This document shows, piece after piece, positions 54,812 to 63,939 of a DNA stretch of 64,000 nucleotides (position 1 is the first letter of the stretch; the number at the start of each line of letters is the position of its first letter). Origin of the DNA: Bryobacteraceae bacterium (GTDB lineage: Bacteria; Acidobacteriota; Terriglobia; Bryobacterales; Bryobacteraceae). Position numbers and translations under genes: made by a program. The stretch is taken from positions 175,587-239,586 of the forward strand of contig JANWVO010000038.1 in NCBI GenBank assembly GCA_025056865.1. The letters are read 5' to 3'. Below the pieces are notes generated by a model that ran no database searches, was not told where the DNA came from, and saw nothing but the letters and a program-made list of their open reading frames with translations.

Positions 54812-55951
54812 TTATCCCACGAGCAGTTCGCGCGCCTCGCCCACCAGGTACAGCGATCCGGTGATCACAATCAGATCCTCCGGCGCCGCCGCGGAGGCCA
54901 TGCCGAGCGCCGCGCGGATGTCCGGAGCCGTGCGGGCGCGGCTTTCGCCGCTCAGCTCGCGCAGCTCTTCCGGCGTGAAGGCCCGCGTTTGCGCCGGGGC
55001 GGTGAAGATCAGCTCGGAAGCGAGTGGAAACAGCGGGCCGCCCAGCGCGCGCAGGTTCTTGTCGCGCATGGCGGCGAAGATCATCCAGATGCGCCGCCCG
55101 TGATGGAAGTGGCGCAGGTAGCCGGCCAACGCCCGGGCGCCCGCCGGATTGTGCGCGCCATCGAGGAAGATGTCCGGGCTGCGACGCACCAGCTCCAGCC
55201 GTCCGGGCCAGTCCGTGGCCGCGATCCCGCGGCGGATCTGCGCCGGCGTGTAGCCCAGTTGATGCAGCGCGGCGACCGCAGTCAGCGCGTTCTCCACCTG
55301 ATGGGCGCCGATCAGCGGCTGCTCGACCGGAAACGACACGCCGCCGGGTCCGTGCACCCGGAAGCGGCTGCCGAAGGCGTGCAGCTCCAGCCCGCTGGTC
55401 CTCCAGTCCGCGGCGCGCTCCAGCGGCGCGCCCAGCTCTGCGGCGCGGCGCTCGAACACGGCCATCGCTTCGGGCCGCTGGCGCGCCACCACCACCGGGC
55501 GGCCGGGCTTGATGATGCCCGCCTTCTCGAAGGCGATCTGCGCCAGCGTGTTGCCCAGCCACTTCTCGTGGTCGAAGTCGATCGGCGTGATCACCGAAAT
55601 CACCGGATCCACCACGTTGGTGGCGTCCAGCCGGCCGCCCATGCCCGTTTCCAGCACCACCGTCTCCACGCCATACTGCCGGAACAGCAGGAACGCCATC
55701 GCGGTGATCGTCTCGAAGTAGGTGGGGTGCATGTCGATGGCGCCCGCGGCGATCAGCCGTTCCGCCGCCCCGTGCACCTCGTCGAAGGCGCGGGCGAAGT
55801 CGGCGAAGGGCACGGGCCGGCCGAGGATGCGGATCCGCTCCACCGGCTCGGCCAGGTGCGGCGACGTGTACAGCCCGGTCAGCACGCCCGCTTCGCGCAG
55901 CGTGCGCTCGATCATCGCGCAGGTGGAACCCTTGCCGTTCGTCCCCGCCAC
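54812..55951 (-). CDS. folC: Bifunctional folylpolyglutamate synthase/dihydrofolate synthase (start codon unresolved; conserved N-terminus continues upstream to about 56092-56137)
   Basis: The ORF in the track starts at the GTG that is the Val of IHVAGTNGKGST (the P-loop). The same frame stays open upstream and encodes ...PYPDSVRFLYALGNEHRTIKLGLERIRTLLAHLGDPHRDCRFIH, the normal FolC N-terminal region. There is no in-frame ATG, GTG or TTG in that stretch. Confidence 0.85.
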   Translation of the reverse strand: MAGTNGKGSTCAMIERTLREAGVLTGLYTSPHLAEPVERIRILGRPVPFADFARAFDEVHGAAERLIAAGAIDMHPTYFETITAMAFLLFRQYGVETVVLETGMGGRLDATNVVDPVISVITPIDFDHEKWLGNTLAQIAFEKAGIIKPGRPVVVARQRPEAMAVFERRAAELGAPLERAADWRTSGLELHAFGSRFRVHGPGGVSFPVEQPLIGAHQVENALTAVAALHQLGYTPAQIRRGIAATDWPGRLELVRRSPDIFLDGAHNPAGARALAGYLRHFHHGRRIWMIFAAMRDKNLRALGGPLFPLASELIFTAPAQTRAFTPEELRELSGESRARTAPDIRAALGMASAAAPEDLIVITGSLYLVGEARELLVG

Positions 55952-56232
55952 ATGGATGAAGCGGCAGTCGCGGTGCGGATCCCCCAGATGCGCCAGCAGC
56001 GTCCGGATGCGCTCCAGCCCAAGCTTGATGGTCCGGTGCTCGTTGCCGAGCGCGTACAGGAACCGGACCGAATCAGGGTAGGGCGTGCTCAGGGCGCGAA
56101 CCTCGTCGACAGCTTCGAAACGACTATCGTAACCAAGCGGCGGCCGGCCGTGCGCCCTCCGACTTTTTTCCCGCCTCGCGCGTCTTTGAATCAGGCGGCC
56201 CGATCCGCAACAATGGCCAGGGAGCCCAGGAG

Positions 56233-56790
56233 TTGATTTTCCGCGAAGCCGAAGACCGCGAGCTGGCCGGGCGCGCCCGCCGGGGCGACCTCGACGCCTT
56301 CAATGCGCTCGTGTCCCGGTGGGAGTCCCGCATTTACAACTACCTGTTGCGGATCACCGGCCACGCCGAGGACGCGCTCGACCTGTGCCAGGACACTTTC
56401 ATCAAGGCCTATCAGAACCTGGCGAGGCTGGAGGATCCGGCGCGCTTCGGCCCCTGGCTGTACCGCATCGCCCACAACGAGGCGATGAGCCACCTGCGGC
56501 GGCCGCAGCGCGAAACCGGACTCGACGATGCGGCGGCCGGGACGATGCGGGCTTCGATGGCCCCGGTGGAGGCTTCGCTTGCCGTCGAGGCCGCGCTCGC
56601 GCGTCTCAGCCCGGAGCAGCGCGAGGCCGTCCTGCTCAAGGTCTACGAGGGGTTCAAGTTCGAGGAGATCGCGGCGATTCTCAACTGTCCCGCGTCCACG
56701 GTCAAGTCGCGCGTTTACACCGCGCTGGAGCTGCTCAAGCAGGCGCTCGCGCCCGCTTCGGCGGCCGGCGCGGCGCAGGAGGATTCATGA
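56233..56790 (+). CDS. ECF-type RNA polymerase sigma factor (sigma-70 family group 4)
   Basis: 185 aa. The TTG start lies 8 nt after AGGGAG. Region 2 (DLCQDTFIKAYQNL...FGPWLYRIAHNEAMSHLRR) and region 4 (LSPEQREAVLLKVYEGFKFEEIAAILNCPASTVKSRVYTALELLK) are present. Confidence 0.9.
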   Translation: MIFREAEDRELAGRARRGDLDAFNALVSRWESRIYNYLLRITGHAEDALDLCQDTFIKAYQNLARLEDPARFGPWLYRIAHNEAMSHLRRPQRETGLDDAAAGTMRASMAPVEASLAVEAALARLSPEQREAVLLKVYEGFKFEEIAAILNCPASTVKSRVYTALELLKQALAPASAAGAAQEDS

Positions 56791-56805
56791 GACGCAGCCC
56801 GGAGG

Positions 56806-57396
56806 ATGGCTATGCAGTGCGCTGATTTCGACTGGAAAGGGTTCGTGCTTCAGGAGGTGCCGCCGCAGGAGCGGCGCGCCATGGAGGAACACCTCAAGGC
56901 CTGTCCGGCATGCAGCCGCGAGGTGGAAGCGCTCGGGCTGACGCTGGTCGCCGTGCGGCAGCTCCCGCAGCACCCCATCCCACGGCGGCTCGCCTTCGTC
57001 TCCGATCCGGTTTTCGAGCTGCCGTGGTGGAAGCGCCTCTGGCGGATGCCCGCCCCGGCGTGGGGCTTCGCCTCTGCGCTCGTCCTCGCCGCGGCCATCC
57101 TCGGGCAAGCGCGCCTGACGCCGCCCCGTCCTGAGGCCGGAGGCGCGGACGCTCAGGCGGTCGAGCGCGCCGTGCGGGCCGAGCTTGAGCGGCGCCTGCC
57201 CGCGGCGGTCGAGGCGGCGCTGCGGCAGCAGCTTGGCCCTGCCGCCGCGCGGATGGAAGCGCGCCTGGCCGAGTTTGAAAAGCGCATGGAAGCGCAGCGG
57301 CGCGCCGACCTGCGCGACGTGACTGCCGCGTTCGAGCTGCTTCAGAAACGGATCAACAACGTCTATCTGGCAAGCGCCCAGTACGGAGGCGATTGA
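56806..57396 (+). CDS. Anti-sigma factor (zf-HC2 type) with one transmembrane helix
   Basis: 196 aa. The N-terminal H-x3-C-x2-C motif (EEHLKACPACSREVE) is followed by a TM segment (WGFASALVLAAAILG). It lies directly downstream of the ECF sigma gene. Confidence 0.75.
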   Translation: MAMQCADFDWKGFVLQEVPPQERRAMEEHLKACPACSREVEALGLTLVAVRQLPQHPIPRRLAFVSDPVFELPWWKRLWRMPAPAWGFASALVLAAAILGQARLTPPRPEAGGADAQAVERAVRAELERRLPAAVEAALRQQLGPAAARMEARLAEFEKRMEAQRRADLRDVTAAFELLQKRINNVYLASAQYGGD

Positions 57397-57932
57397 TGCG
57401 CGCCATCCTTCTGATTGCCGCCCTGCACCTTCTGGTGCCTGCGCAGCCGCCGCGCCCGTCGCGGCAGGAGATCGCCGCCATGGAGCGGGCGATGGACCAG
57501 CGCTTCGCGCGCATGGACCTCGAGCGCCCCGTGGAAGTGCTCGGACTCACGCGGGGTCTTTATGTCGACGGCTTCGGCGCGGTCTTCACCGCCGAGATCA
57601 ACCTGCTTCCCGCCCCGGGCCTCTCGCCCTTCCGCCCGTCGATCAGCCGTGAAGAGGCGGTGCGCGTGCGCGAACAGAAGCTCAGGCGGCTGCCCCAGAT
57701 CCGCGAGCTGATGCGCGACATGCTGCTGGCTGCGGCGCAGTCGCTGGACCGCCTTCCGCCGGGCGAGCAGATCGTGCTGGGCGTGCTGCTGTACTCGCAC
57801 AGTTGGGAGGACACCGCCGGCCTGCCGCGGCTCATCCAGATGCAGGGCCGTCGTGACGCGCTGCTCGACGTGGCCCTGCAACGGCAGCCGCGGGCGGCGC
57901 TCGCCCAGATCATCCGCGCGAAGGAAGAGTAG
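57396..57932 (+). CDS. Hypothetical secreted protein
   Basis: ATG at 57396, 6 nt after GGAGG, overlapping the anti-sigma TGA by 1 nt. It has a signal peptide (MRAILLIAALHLLVPAQP). I do not recognise a family. Confidence 0.5.
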   Translation: MRAILLIAALHLLVPAQPPRPSRQEIAAMERAMDQRFARMDLERPVEVLGLTRGLYVDGFGAVFTAEINLLPAPGLSPFRPSISREEAVRVREQKLRRLPQIRELMRDMLLAAAQSLDRLPPGEQIVLGVLLYSHSWEDTAGLPRLIQMQGRRDALLDVALQRQPRAALAQIIRAKEE

Positions 57933-57936
57933 CCGC

Positions 57937-59574
57937 ATGCGGCTTGGCGAGATCCTGATCCGCAAGGGCCTCATCACCGGTGAAGACCTCGACCGTGCGC
58001 TCGAGCTCCAGCGCGAGCGCGGCGACAAGCTGGGCCGCATCCTCGTCGACCTCGGCTTCGCCGCCCAGCGCGACATCGTGCAGGCGCTCGCCGAGCAGCT
58101 CGGCATCCCCGTGGCCCGGCTCGACGGCCCCCCGCTGGTGACGCCCGAAACCGAGCGCCTCTCGCCGCGATTCCTCCGCCAGGCGCGCCTCTTCCCGCTG
58201 CGCATGGAAGGCGGCGCGCTCGTGGTGGCAATGGCGGACCCTCTCGATCTGGAGACGCTCGCCGCCGTGCGCGCCGCCACCGGGCTGCGCGTGCGCGCCG
58301 AAATCGCGGCCGAAACCGAGCTGGCCGACGCGCTCGAGCGTTACTACGCCGAAGAAGAGCAGGAGGCGGCAGTGCTGGCAGGAGAAGATGCCGAGTCCGC
58401 CGCCGAACTCGAGCAGCTCCGCGACATGGCCAGCGAGGCCCCGGTCATCCGCCTCGTCAACGCGATGATCGCCCAGGCGGTGGAGAAACGCGCCAGCGAC
58501 ATCCACATCGAGCCCTTCGAGAAGGAAGTGAAGGTGCGCTTCCGCATCGACGGGGTGCTCCAGGAACAGGAGCCGCCGCCGCGCGAGCTCAAGGCCGCCG
58601 TCATCAGCCGCCTGAAGCTGATGGCGAAAATGAACATCGCCGAGCGCCGCCTGCCGCAGGACGGCCGCATCAAGATGAAAACGCTCGGCCGCGAAATCGA
58701 CCTCCGCGTCTCGACGCTGCCCACGCTCTATGGCGAAAGCGTCGTCATGCGCCTGCTCGACCGCAGCGCCGGCGAGTTCTTCGACCTCCGCAATCTCGGC
58801 TTCGACGAGCGCATGCTCGAGCGCATGGAGCACTTCACCTCGCTGCCGCACGGCATCCTGCTCGTCACCGGCCCCACCGGCAGCGGCAAGTCCACCACGC
58901 TGTACTCCGCCCTCAAGCGCATCAACCGCAGCGAGCGCAAGATCATCACCATCGAGGATCCGGTGGAATACCAGATGGACGGGATCAACCAGATCCACGT
59001 CAATCCGCAGATCGGCCTCACCTTCGCCACCGGCCTGCGCCACATCGTGCGCCAGGATCCGGACGTCATCATGGTGGGCGAGATCCGCGATTACGAGACC
59101 GCCGAAGTCGCCATCCGCGCGGCGCTCACCGGCCACTTCGTCTACTCCACCCTGCACACCAACGACGCGCCGAGCGCCATCACCCGCCTCACCGACATGG
59201 GCGTGGAGAATTACCTCATCTGCTCTTCGCTGGTCGCCGTGCTGGCGCAGCGGCTGGTGCGCGTCATCTGCGCGGACTGCAAGGAGCCCGCGGGCGAGCG
59301 GCTCGCTCCTTCCGGCGAAATGATCCCGGTGTGGCGCGGCCGCGGCTGCGAGCGCTGCTTCGGCACAGGATATTTCGGCCGCGTCGGCATCTTCGAGATG
59401 ATGGAGATGAACGACGAGCTGCGCCGGCTGATCATGGCTGGCGCCGACGCCAGCGTGCTCGCCGAGGCCGCGCGCCGCCACGGCATGCGCTCGCTGCGCG
59501 AAGACGGCTGGATGAAGGTGCAGCAGGGCGTCACCACGGCGGAAGAGGTCCTGCGCGTGACCCAGGAGTTCTGA
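57937..59574 (+). CDS. gspE: Type II secretion / type IV pilus-family assembly ATPase (GspE/PilB/MshE family) with N-terminal MshEN-type domain
   Basis: Lower part of ORF 57853..59574, from the ATG at 57937. It has Walker A (GPTGSGKSTT), Asp box, Walker B (IMVGEIRD), His box, and the tetracysteine motif CADC...CERC. The N-terminus is RLGEILIRKGLITGEDLDRALELQ. Confidence 0.92.
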   Translation: MRLGEILIRKGLITGEDLDRALELQRERGDKLGRILVDLGFAAQRDIVQALAEQLGIPVARLDGPPLVTPETERLSPRFLRQARLFPLRMEGGALVVAMADPLDLETLAAVRAATGLRVRAEIAAETELADALERYYAEEEQEAAVLAGEDAESAAELEQLRDMASEAPVIRLVNAMIAQAVEKRASDIHIEPFEKEVKVRFRIDGVLQEQEPPPRELKAAVISRLKLMAKMNIAERRLPQDGRIKMKTLGREIDLRVSTLPTLYGESVVMRLLDRSAGEFFDLRNLGFDERMLERMEHFTSLPHGILLVTGPTGSGKSTTLYSALKRINRSERKIITIEDPVEYQMDGINQIHVNPQIGLTFATGLRHIVRQDPDVIMVGEIRDYETAEVAIRAALTGHFVYSTLHTNDAPSAITRLTDMGVENYLICSSLVAVLAQRLVRVICADCKEPAGERLAPSGEMIPVWRGRGCERCFGTGYFGRVGIFEMMEMNDELRRLIMAGADASVLAEAARRHGMRSLREDGWMKVQQGVTTAEEVLRVTQEF

Positions 59575-59575
59575 C

Positions 59576-60790
59576 GTGCCGCTCCAGCAGCTCCATTTCC
59601 GCGCGGTAACGCCCGACGGCCGCAAGCGCACCGGCGTGCTTGCCGCCGCCGATGCCGCCGCCGCCGCGCGCGAGCTGCGCCGCCAGGGGCTGATCCCGCT
59701 CTACGTCGGCGCCGCGCCGCAGGGGCGCGGCGAAGCGAGGCTGCCCCCGCTGCGCTTCGGCAGAGGCCGCGACGTGCTCTTCTTCACCCAGGAGCTGTCC
59801 ACCCTGCTCAACGCCGGCGTGCCGCTCGACCGCGCGCTGTCCATCGTCGCCGAGCTGAGCGAGCGCGCCGAGTTCCGCGAGGTGGTCGAAGACGTGCTGC
59901 GCGGCATCAAGGGCGGCAGGTCGCTGGCCGACGCGCTCGCCACGCGCCCCGCCTGGTTCCCGCAGATCTATGTGAACATGGTGCGCGCCGGCGAGGCTTC
60001 CGGCTCGCTGGGACCGATCTTCGAACGGCTGGCCGAGTATGAAAAAACGCGCGACGAGCTGCGCGGCTACATCGTCAGCTCGCTCGTCTATCCCGCGCTG
60101 CTGACGCTGGTCGGCGCGGCTTCCATCTTCATCCTCATGTACTACGTCGTCCCGCGCTTCGCGGCGGCCTTCGCCGCCTCGAACATCCGCATCCCGGCGA
60201 TGACCCAGGCGCTGCTCGACCTCAGCCGCTGGGTTCAGGCCTACGGCCTTTGGGCGCTCGCCGCGATGGCCGCGGCCCTGGCCGCCCTCCGCGTCTACAT
60301 CGGCTCGCCTGCCGGGCGCTACTGGTGGGACGGCTTCCGGCTGAAGCTGCCGCTGCTCGGCGAGGCGCTGCGCAAGGCCCAGACCGCGCACTTCGCCCGC
60401 GCCATGGGCACGCTGATCGCCAACGGCGTCCCGCTCGTGCAGTCCATCCAGATTGCCCGCGGCATTCTCACCAACCGGCGCATGGCGGACTCGCTCGAAC
60501 TGGTCGCGCAGGGCGTCAAGCGCGGCGAAGGCCTCAGCGCTCCGCTGGCCGCCACCGGCATGTTCCCGCCGCTGCTGCCGCACCTGCTCACCATCGGCGA
60601 GGAAACGGGGCGGCTCGATACGATGTTCCTCCGCGCCGCGGAGATCTACGAGGCCGACACGCGCGCCTCCATCAAGCGCTTCACCTCGCTGTTCGAGCCG
60701 CTCGTCATCCTCGTGATGGGCGTGGCGGTGGGCGCGCTGATCCTCTCCATGCTGATGGCCATCAGCGGGATCAACGAATTGGCGATGTAA
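59576..60790 (+). CDS. gspF: Type II secretion system inner-membrane platform protein GspF/PilC family
   Basis: 404 aa. The GTG start lies 7 nt after AGGAG. It has two T2SSF repeats and three TM segments. Confidence 0.92.
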   Translation: MPLQQLHFRAVTPDGRKRTGVLAAADAAAAARELRRQGLIPLYVGAAPQGRGEARLPPLRFGRGRDVLFFTQELSTLLNAGVPLDRALSIVAELSERAEFREVVEDVLRGIKGGRSLADALATRPAWFPQIYVNMVRAGEASGSLGPIFERLAEYEKTRDELRGYIVSSLVYPALLTLVGAASIFILMYYVVPRFAAAFAASNIRIPAMTQALLDLSRWVQAYGLWALAAMAAALAALRVYIGSPAGRYWWDGFRLKLPLLGEALRKAQTAHFARAMGTLIANGVPLVQSIQIARGILTNRRMADSLELVAQGVKRGEGLSAPLAATGMFPPLLPHLLTIGEETGRLDTMFLRAAEIYEADTRASIKRFTSLFEPLVILVMGVAVGALILSMLMAISGINELAM

Positions 60791-60810
60791 TGGAAGGGAG
60801 GGAGCCACTC

Positions 60811-61254
60811 ATGGCCAGCAGGTACCACAACCGGCGGGCGCGGCGTCGCGGCATCACGCTCATCGAGATGCTCGTCGTGCTCACCATCATCGCGCTGTTT
60901 GCAGCGCTGGTCGCGCCCAAGCTGCTCAGCAAGAGCGACACGGCGCGCGTCACCGCGGCGCGCGCGCAGATCAACGCCTTCATGACCGCGCTCGGCGCCT
61001 ACAAGCTGGACACCGGCACCTATCCGACCACCGAGATGGGCCTTCAGGCGCTGCGCGTGCGTCCCCAGAACGTGCCGCAGTGGCAGGGACCCTACCTGCC
61101 GCAGGACATTCCGCTCGATCCCTGGGGCCGGCCCTACATCTACCGCTACCCGGGCGAGCACGGCGACGAGCCGGAGATCATCTGCCTGGGCGCCGACGGC
61201 CAGCCCGGCGGCGAAGGCATCAACGCGGACATCGTGAGCTGGAAAGCCCAGTAG
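60811..61254 (+). CDS. gspG: Major pseudopilin GspG
   Basis: Lower part of ORF 60250..61254, from the ATG at 60811 (RBS GGAG, 6 nt upstream). The prepilin motif is RRG/ITLIEMLVV with Glu at +5. The conserved GspG core is YKLDTGTYPTTEMGLQAL...PWGRPYIYRYPGEHG...LGADGQPGGEG. Confidence 0.9.
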   Translation: MASRYHNRRARRRGITLIEMLVVLTIIALFAALVAPKLLSKSDTARVTAARAQINAFMTALGAYKLDTGTYPTTEMGLQALRVRPQNVPQWQGPYLPQDIPLDPWGRPYIYRYPGEHGDEPEIICLGADGQPGGEGINADIVSWKAQ

Positions 61255-61257
61255 GAA

Positions 61258-61749
61258 ATGCGCGGCGAACGCGGCCTCACGCTGCTCGAAACGCTCATCG
61301 TGCTGGTGGTGGTGAGCCTTCTTGTCGGTCTCGCCTACCCGGGCATCGGCGCCGGGCTGGACTCGCTGCGGCTGCGCTCCGCCGCCGACGGCGCCGCCGG
61401 GCTGATCGCGCAGGCGATGACGCGCGTCGAGCGCCGTCAGGCCCCCCTCGAACTCATCGTCGACCGCGCGGCGGGCACCCTCCAGGCCGTGGATCCCGCC
61501 GGTGGCTTCGTACGCCAGATGCGCCTGGAGCCGGGGCTGCGGATCGTCGAGATCCTGCCGCCGATCGCCGCTCCCGGCGAAGAGACCGTCCGCTCCTTCC
61601 TGCTGGCACCCGGCGAGCCGTATCCGGCCCTCGGCATCGTGATCGGCAATCCGCGCGGGCAGCAGCGCCTGGTGCGCATCGATCCGCTGACGGCGGCGGC
61701 GGTCGTCGAAACGGCTCCCGCGCGCGTCTCTGAAGAGGGGACGCGATAG
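61258..61749 (+). CDS. Minor pseudopilin (GspH-like position)
   Basis: 163 aa. The N-terminus MRGERG/LTLLETLIVLVVV is a class III signal with Glu at +5. Assignment to GspH rests on gene order only. Confidence 0.65.
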   Translation: MRGERGLTLLETLIVLVVVSLLVGLAYPGIGAGLDSLRLRSAADGAAGLIAQAMTRVERRQAPLELIVDRAAGTLQAVDPAGGFVRQMRLEPGLRIVEILPPIAAPGEETVRSFLLAPGEPYPALGIVIGNPRGQQRLVRIDPLTAAAVVETAPARVSEEGTR

Positions 61750-61752
61750 GAG

Positions 61753-62235
61753 ATGGCGCGTGGCAGACGCGGATTCACGTTGCTGGAGGTGCTCGTGGCC
61801 ACGGTCCTCATGGCCGTGGCCGTGACGGCGCTGCTCGGCGCCCTGCGCGCATCCATGTCGAATGCCTCCAGGGTGCTCGAGTCGGCGCGCGCCGCGGCGC
61901 TCGCGCGCAGCCAGATGGACGAACTGCTCGCAACGCGGCCTCTTCCGCACGGCACGCCCATCGAAGGCCGTTTCGAGCCTGGCCAGACCGGCGGCATCGA
62001 GGCCGGCTGGCGCGCGCTCGTGACGCCTTTCGAAGGCATGGTCCTCCAGCCGGGCACGGCCCCCCCGGCCGGCTCGCGCATCCTCGAACGGATCCAGCTC
62101 GAGATCTGGTGGAACAGCGGCGGCGCCCGGCGCACCTTCGCGCTCACCGCCTACCGGGGCGCCAGAATGACCGCCGAAGACGCGCCCTGGTTTGAATCCA
62201 TGCAGGAGGGCGGCCAGGCCGCGGGCGCGCCATGA
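61753..62235 (+). CDS. Minor pseudopilin (GspI-like position)
   Basis: 160 aa. MARGRRG/FTLLEVLVATVLMAV is a prepilin-type N-terminus. Confidence 0.65.
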   Translation: MARGRRGFTLLEVLVATVLMAVAVTALLGALRASMSNASRVLESARAAALARSQMDELLATRPLPHGTPIEGRFEPGQTGGIEAGWRALVTPFEGMVLQPGTAPPAGSRILERIQLEIWWNSGGARRTFALTAYRGARMTAEDAPWFESMQEGGQAAGAP

Positions 62236-62963
62236 GGCCACGGCAGCGCGGCATGACGCTCATCGAAGTCCTCATCGCCATCACCCTCGTGGCGCTGCTG
62301 TCAGCGGCCATGCTGTTTGCGGTGCGGTCCGCGTTGGCGGCGCTCGAATCGAGCTCCCGCCGCATCGAATCGCTCCGCCGCACCGCCGGCGCGCAGCGCA
62401 TCCTCCACCAGCAGGTGGCCGGGTTCCTTCCTGTCATGGCCCGCTGCGGTGCCACCGCCCAGCAGCCGGGCGGCAGGCCGGTGATGTTCTTCGAGGGCAC
62501 CCCCGCAGCGGCGCGCTTTGTCAGCCGTTTCTCGATCCAGGGCGGCGCTCGCGGCCGCGCGCAGATCGTCGAACTGTTCGCCGCCGGAAGGCCGGAGGGC
62601 GGCCTGCGCCTGCTGGTCAACGAAATCCCTTACACCGGCCCCGAGGGCGCGGGCTTCTTCTGCCAGCAGCCCCAGATGGATGCGGAGCTCGGCGCCCCAA
62701 TGCCTGTCTTCCCCCCCGTCGAACCCTCGCCGCGCTCCTTTGTGCTGGCGGATCGTCTCGCCTACTGCCGCTTCTCCTATCTCCAGGACGACCTCGTCAA
62801 CCCGCCCCAGTGGGTGCCTTCATGGCGCAGGCCCGACCTCTGGCCGGCCGCCATCCGCATCGAGATGGCTGCGCTCGATCCGGCAGGCGCCGCCCTGCCC
62901 CCCGTCACCTTCACTGGCAGGATCCGGCCCAACCGGCTGGCGGGAGAGCGCTATGAACCGTGA
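62232..62963 (+). CDS. Minor pseudopilin (GspJ-like position)
   Basis: 243 aa. MRPRQRG/MTLIEVLIAITLVALL is a prepilin-type N-terminus. It overlaps the upstream gene by 4 nt. Confidence 0.65.
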   Translation: MRPRQRGMTLIEVLIAITLVALLSAAMLFAVRSALAALESSSRRIESLRRTAGAQRILHQQVAGFLPVMARCGATAQQPGGRPVMFFEGTPAAARFVSRFSIQGGARGRAQIVELFAAGRPEGGLRLLVNEIPYTGPEGAGFFCQQPQMDAELGAPMPVFPPVEPSPRSFVLADRLAYCRFSYLQDDLVNPPQWVPSWRRPDLWPAAIRIEMAALDPAGAALPPVTFTGRIRPNRLAGERYEP

Positions 62964-63939
62964 CCTCCGCCGCGGCGGCGCCCTGCTGATGGTCCTCTGG
63001 CTCAGCGCCGCGCTGGCCGCCATCGCCTTCTCGGTGGCCCTCCGCGTGCGCGGCGAACTCGAACGCGCCGGGGCCGAGCGAGAAGGGCTCCAGGCGTATT
63101 ACCTGGCCTGCGGCGCTCTCGATCGCGCCCTGAACTACATGCGCTATGGGCCGGGCCCCCTCGACGCGTCCGGCCGGCCCCGCTGGTGGGACCGGCGGCA
63201 GCCGCGCATGGCCCTGCGCTTCCCCGAAGGCGATGCCGTCGTCGAGGTGATCCCGGAATCGTCCCGGCTCAATGTCAACTTCGCCACCCGCGAGGAATTC
63301 GAGCGCCTGCTGGCCGCGCTCGGCGTGGAAGCGGAGCGCGCCCGCCTGATTGCCGCCGCCATCCTGCACTGGCGGGGCAGCGAGCTGGGCGACTTCGATG
63401 CGTATTATCTGTCCTCGTCTCCGTCTTTCCGCGCGCCGCGAGCGTCATTGGAACAGATCGAAGATCTCATGTCTGTGGCTGGCGTCACGCCCGAGCTTTT
63501 CTACGGCGGCTACGCGCGCGCCGCGGACGGCGCCGTTGTCCGCCGCCCCGGGCTCCGCGACTGCCTCTCCGTCTTCAGCTCCGGACGCCAGATGGACATC
63601 AATACCGTGCAGCCGGCGGTGATGATCGCCGTCGGCGTGCCAGCCCCGGCCGCCGACATGATCGCGCGGATGCGCGCCCAGCAGCCGATTGCAGACTTCC
63701 GCCAGGTGGCGCCGCTGCTCGGCCCTGCTGCCGTCCGTTTCCGCTTCGGCGGCGACAACATCTACACGCTGCGCGCCACGGCCCGCGTCCGCCGGCGCGG
63801 CAGCGCACCCGGCGAGGCGCGCCGCACGGTGGCGATGACCGTGCAGTTGCAGTCGTCCGTCTCGCCCGAAGGCTTCCGGATTTTGGCCTGGGACGAGTCC
63901 ACGTTGCCATCGCCGGAGGTGGAAGCATGGCTGCCGTGA
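62953..63939 (+). CDS. gspK: Minor pseudopilin GspK-like protein
   Basis: Lower part of ORF 62518..63939, from the ATG at 62953. RGGALLMVLWLSAALAAIAF has no Glu at +5, as in GspK. ESSRLNVN and the helix-hairpin-helix-like region (SLEQIEDLMSVAGVTPELF) fit the T2SSK family. Confidence 0.75.
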   Translation: MNRDLRRGGALLMVLWLSAALAAIAFSVALRVRGELERAGAEREGLQAYYLACGALDRALNYMRYGPGPLDASGRPRWWDRRQPRMALRFPEGDAVVEVIPESSRLNVNFATREEFERLLAALGVEAERARLIAAAILHWRGSELGDFDAYYLSSSPSFRAPRASLEQIEDLMSVAGVTPELFYGGYARAADGAVVRRPGLRDCLSVFSSGRQMDINTVQPAVMIAVGVPAPAADMIARMRAQQPIADFRQVAPLLGPAAVRFRFGGDNIYTLRATARVRRRGSAPGEARRTVAMTVQLQSSVSPEGFRILAWDESTLPSPEVEAWLP

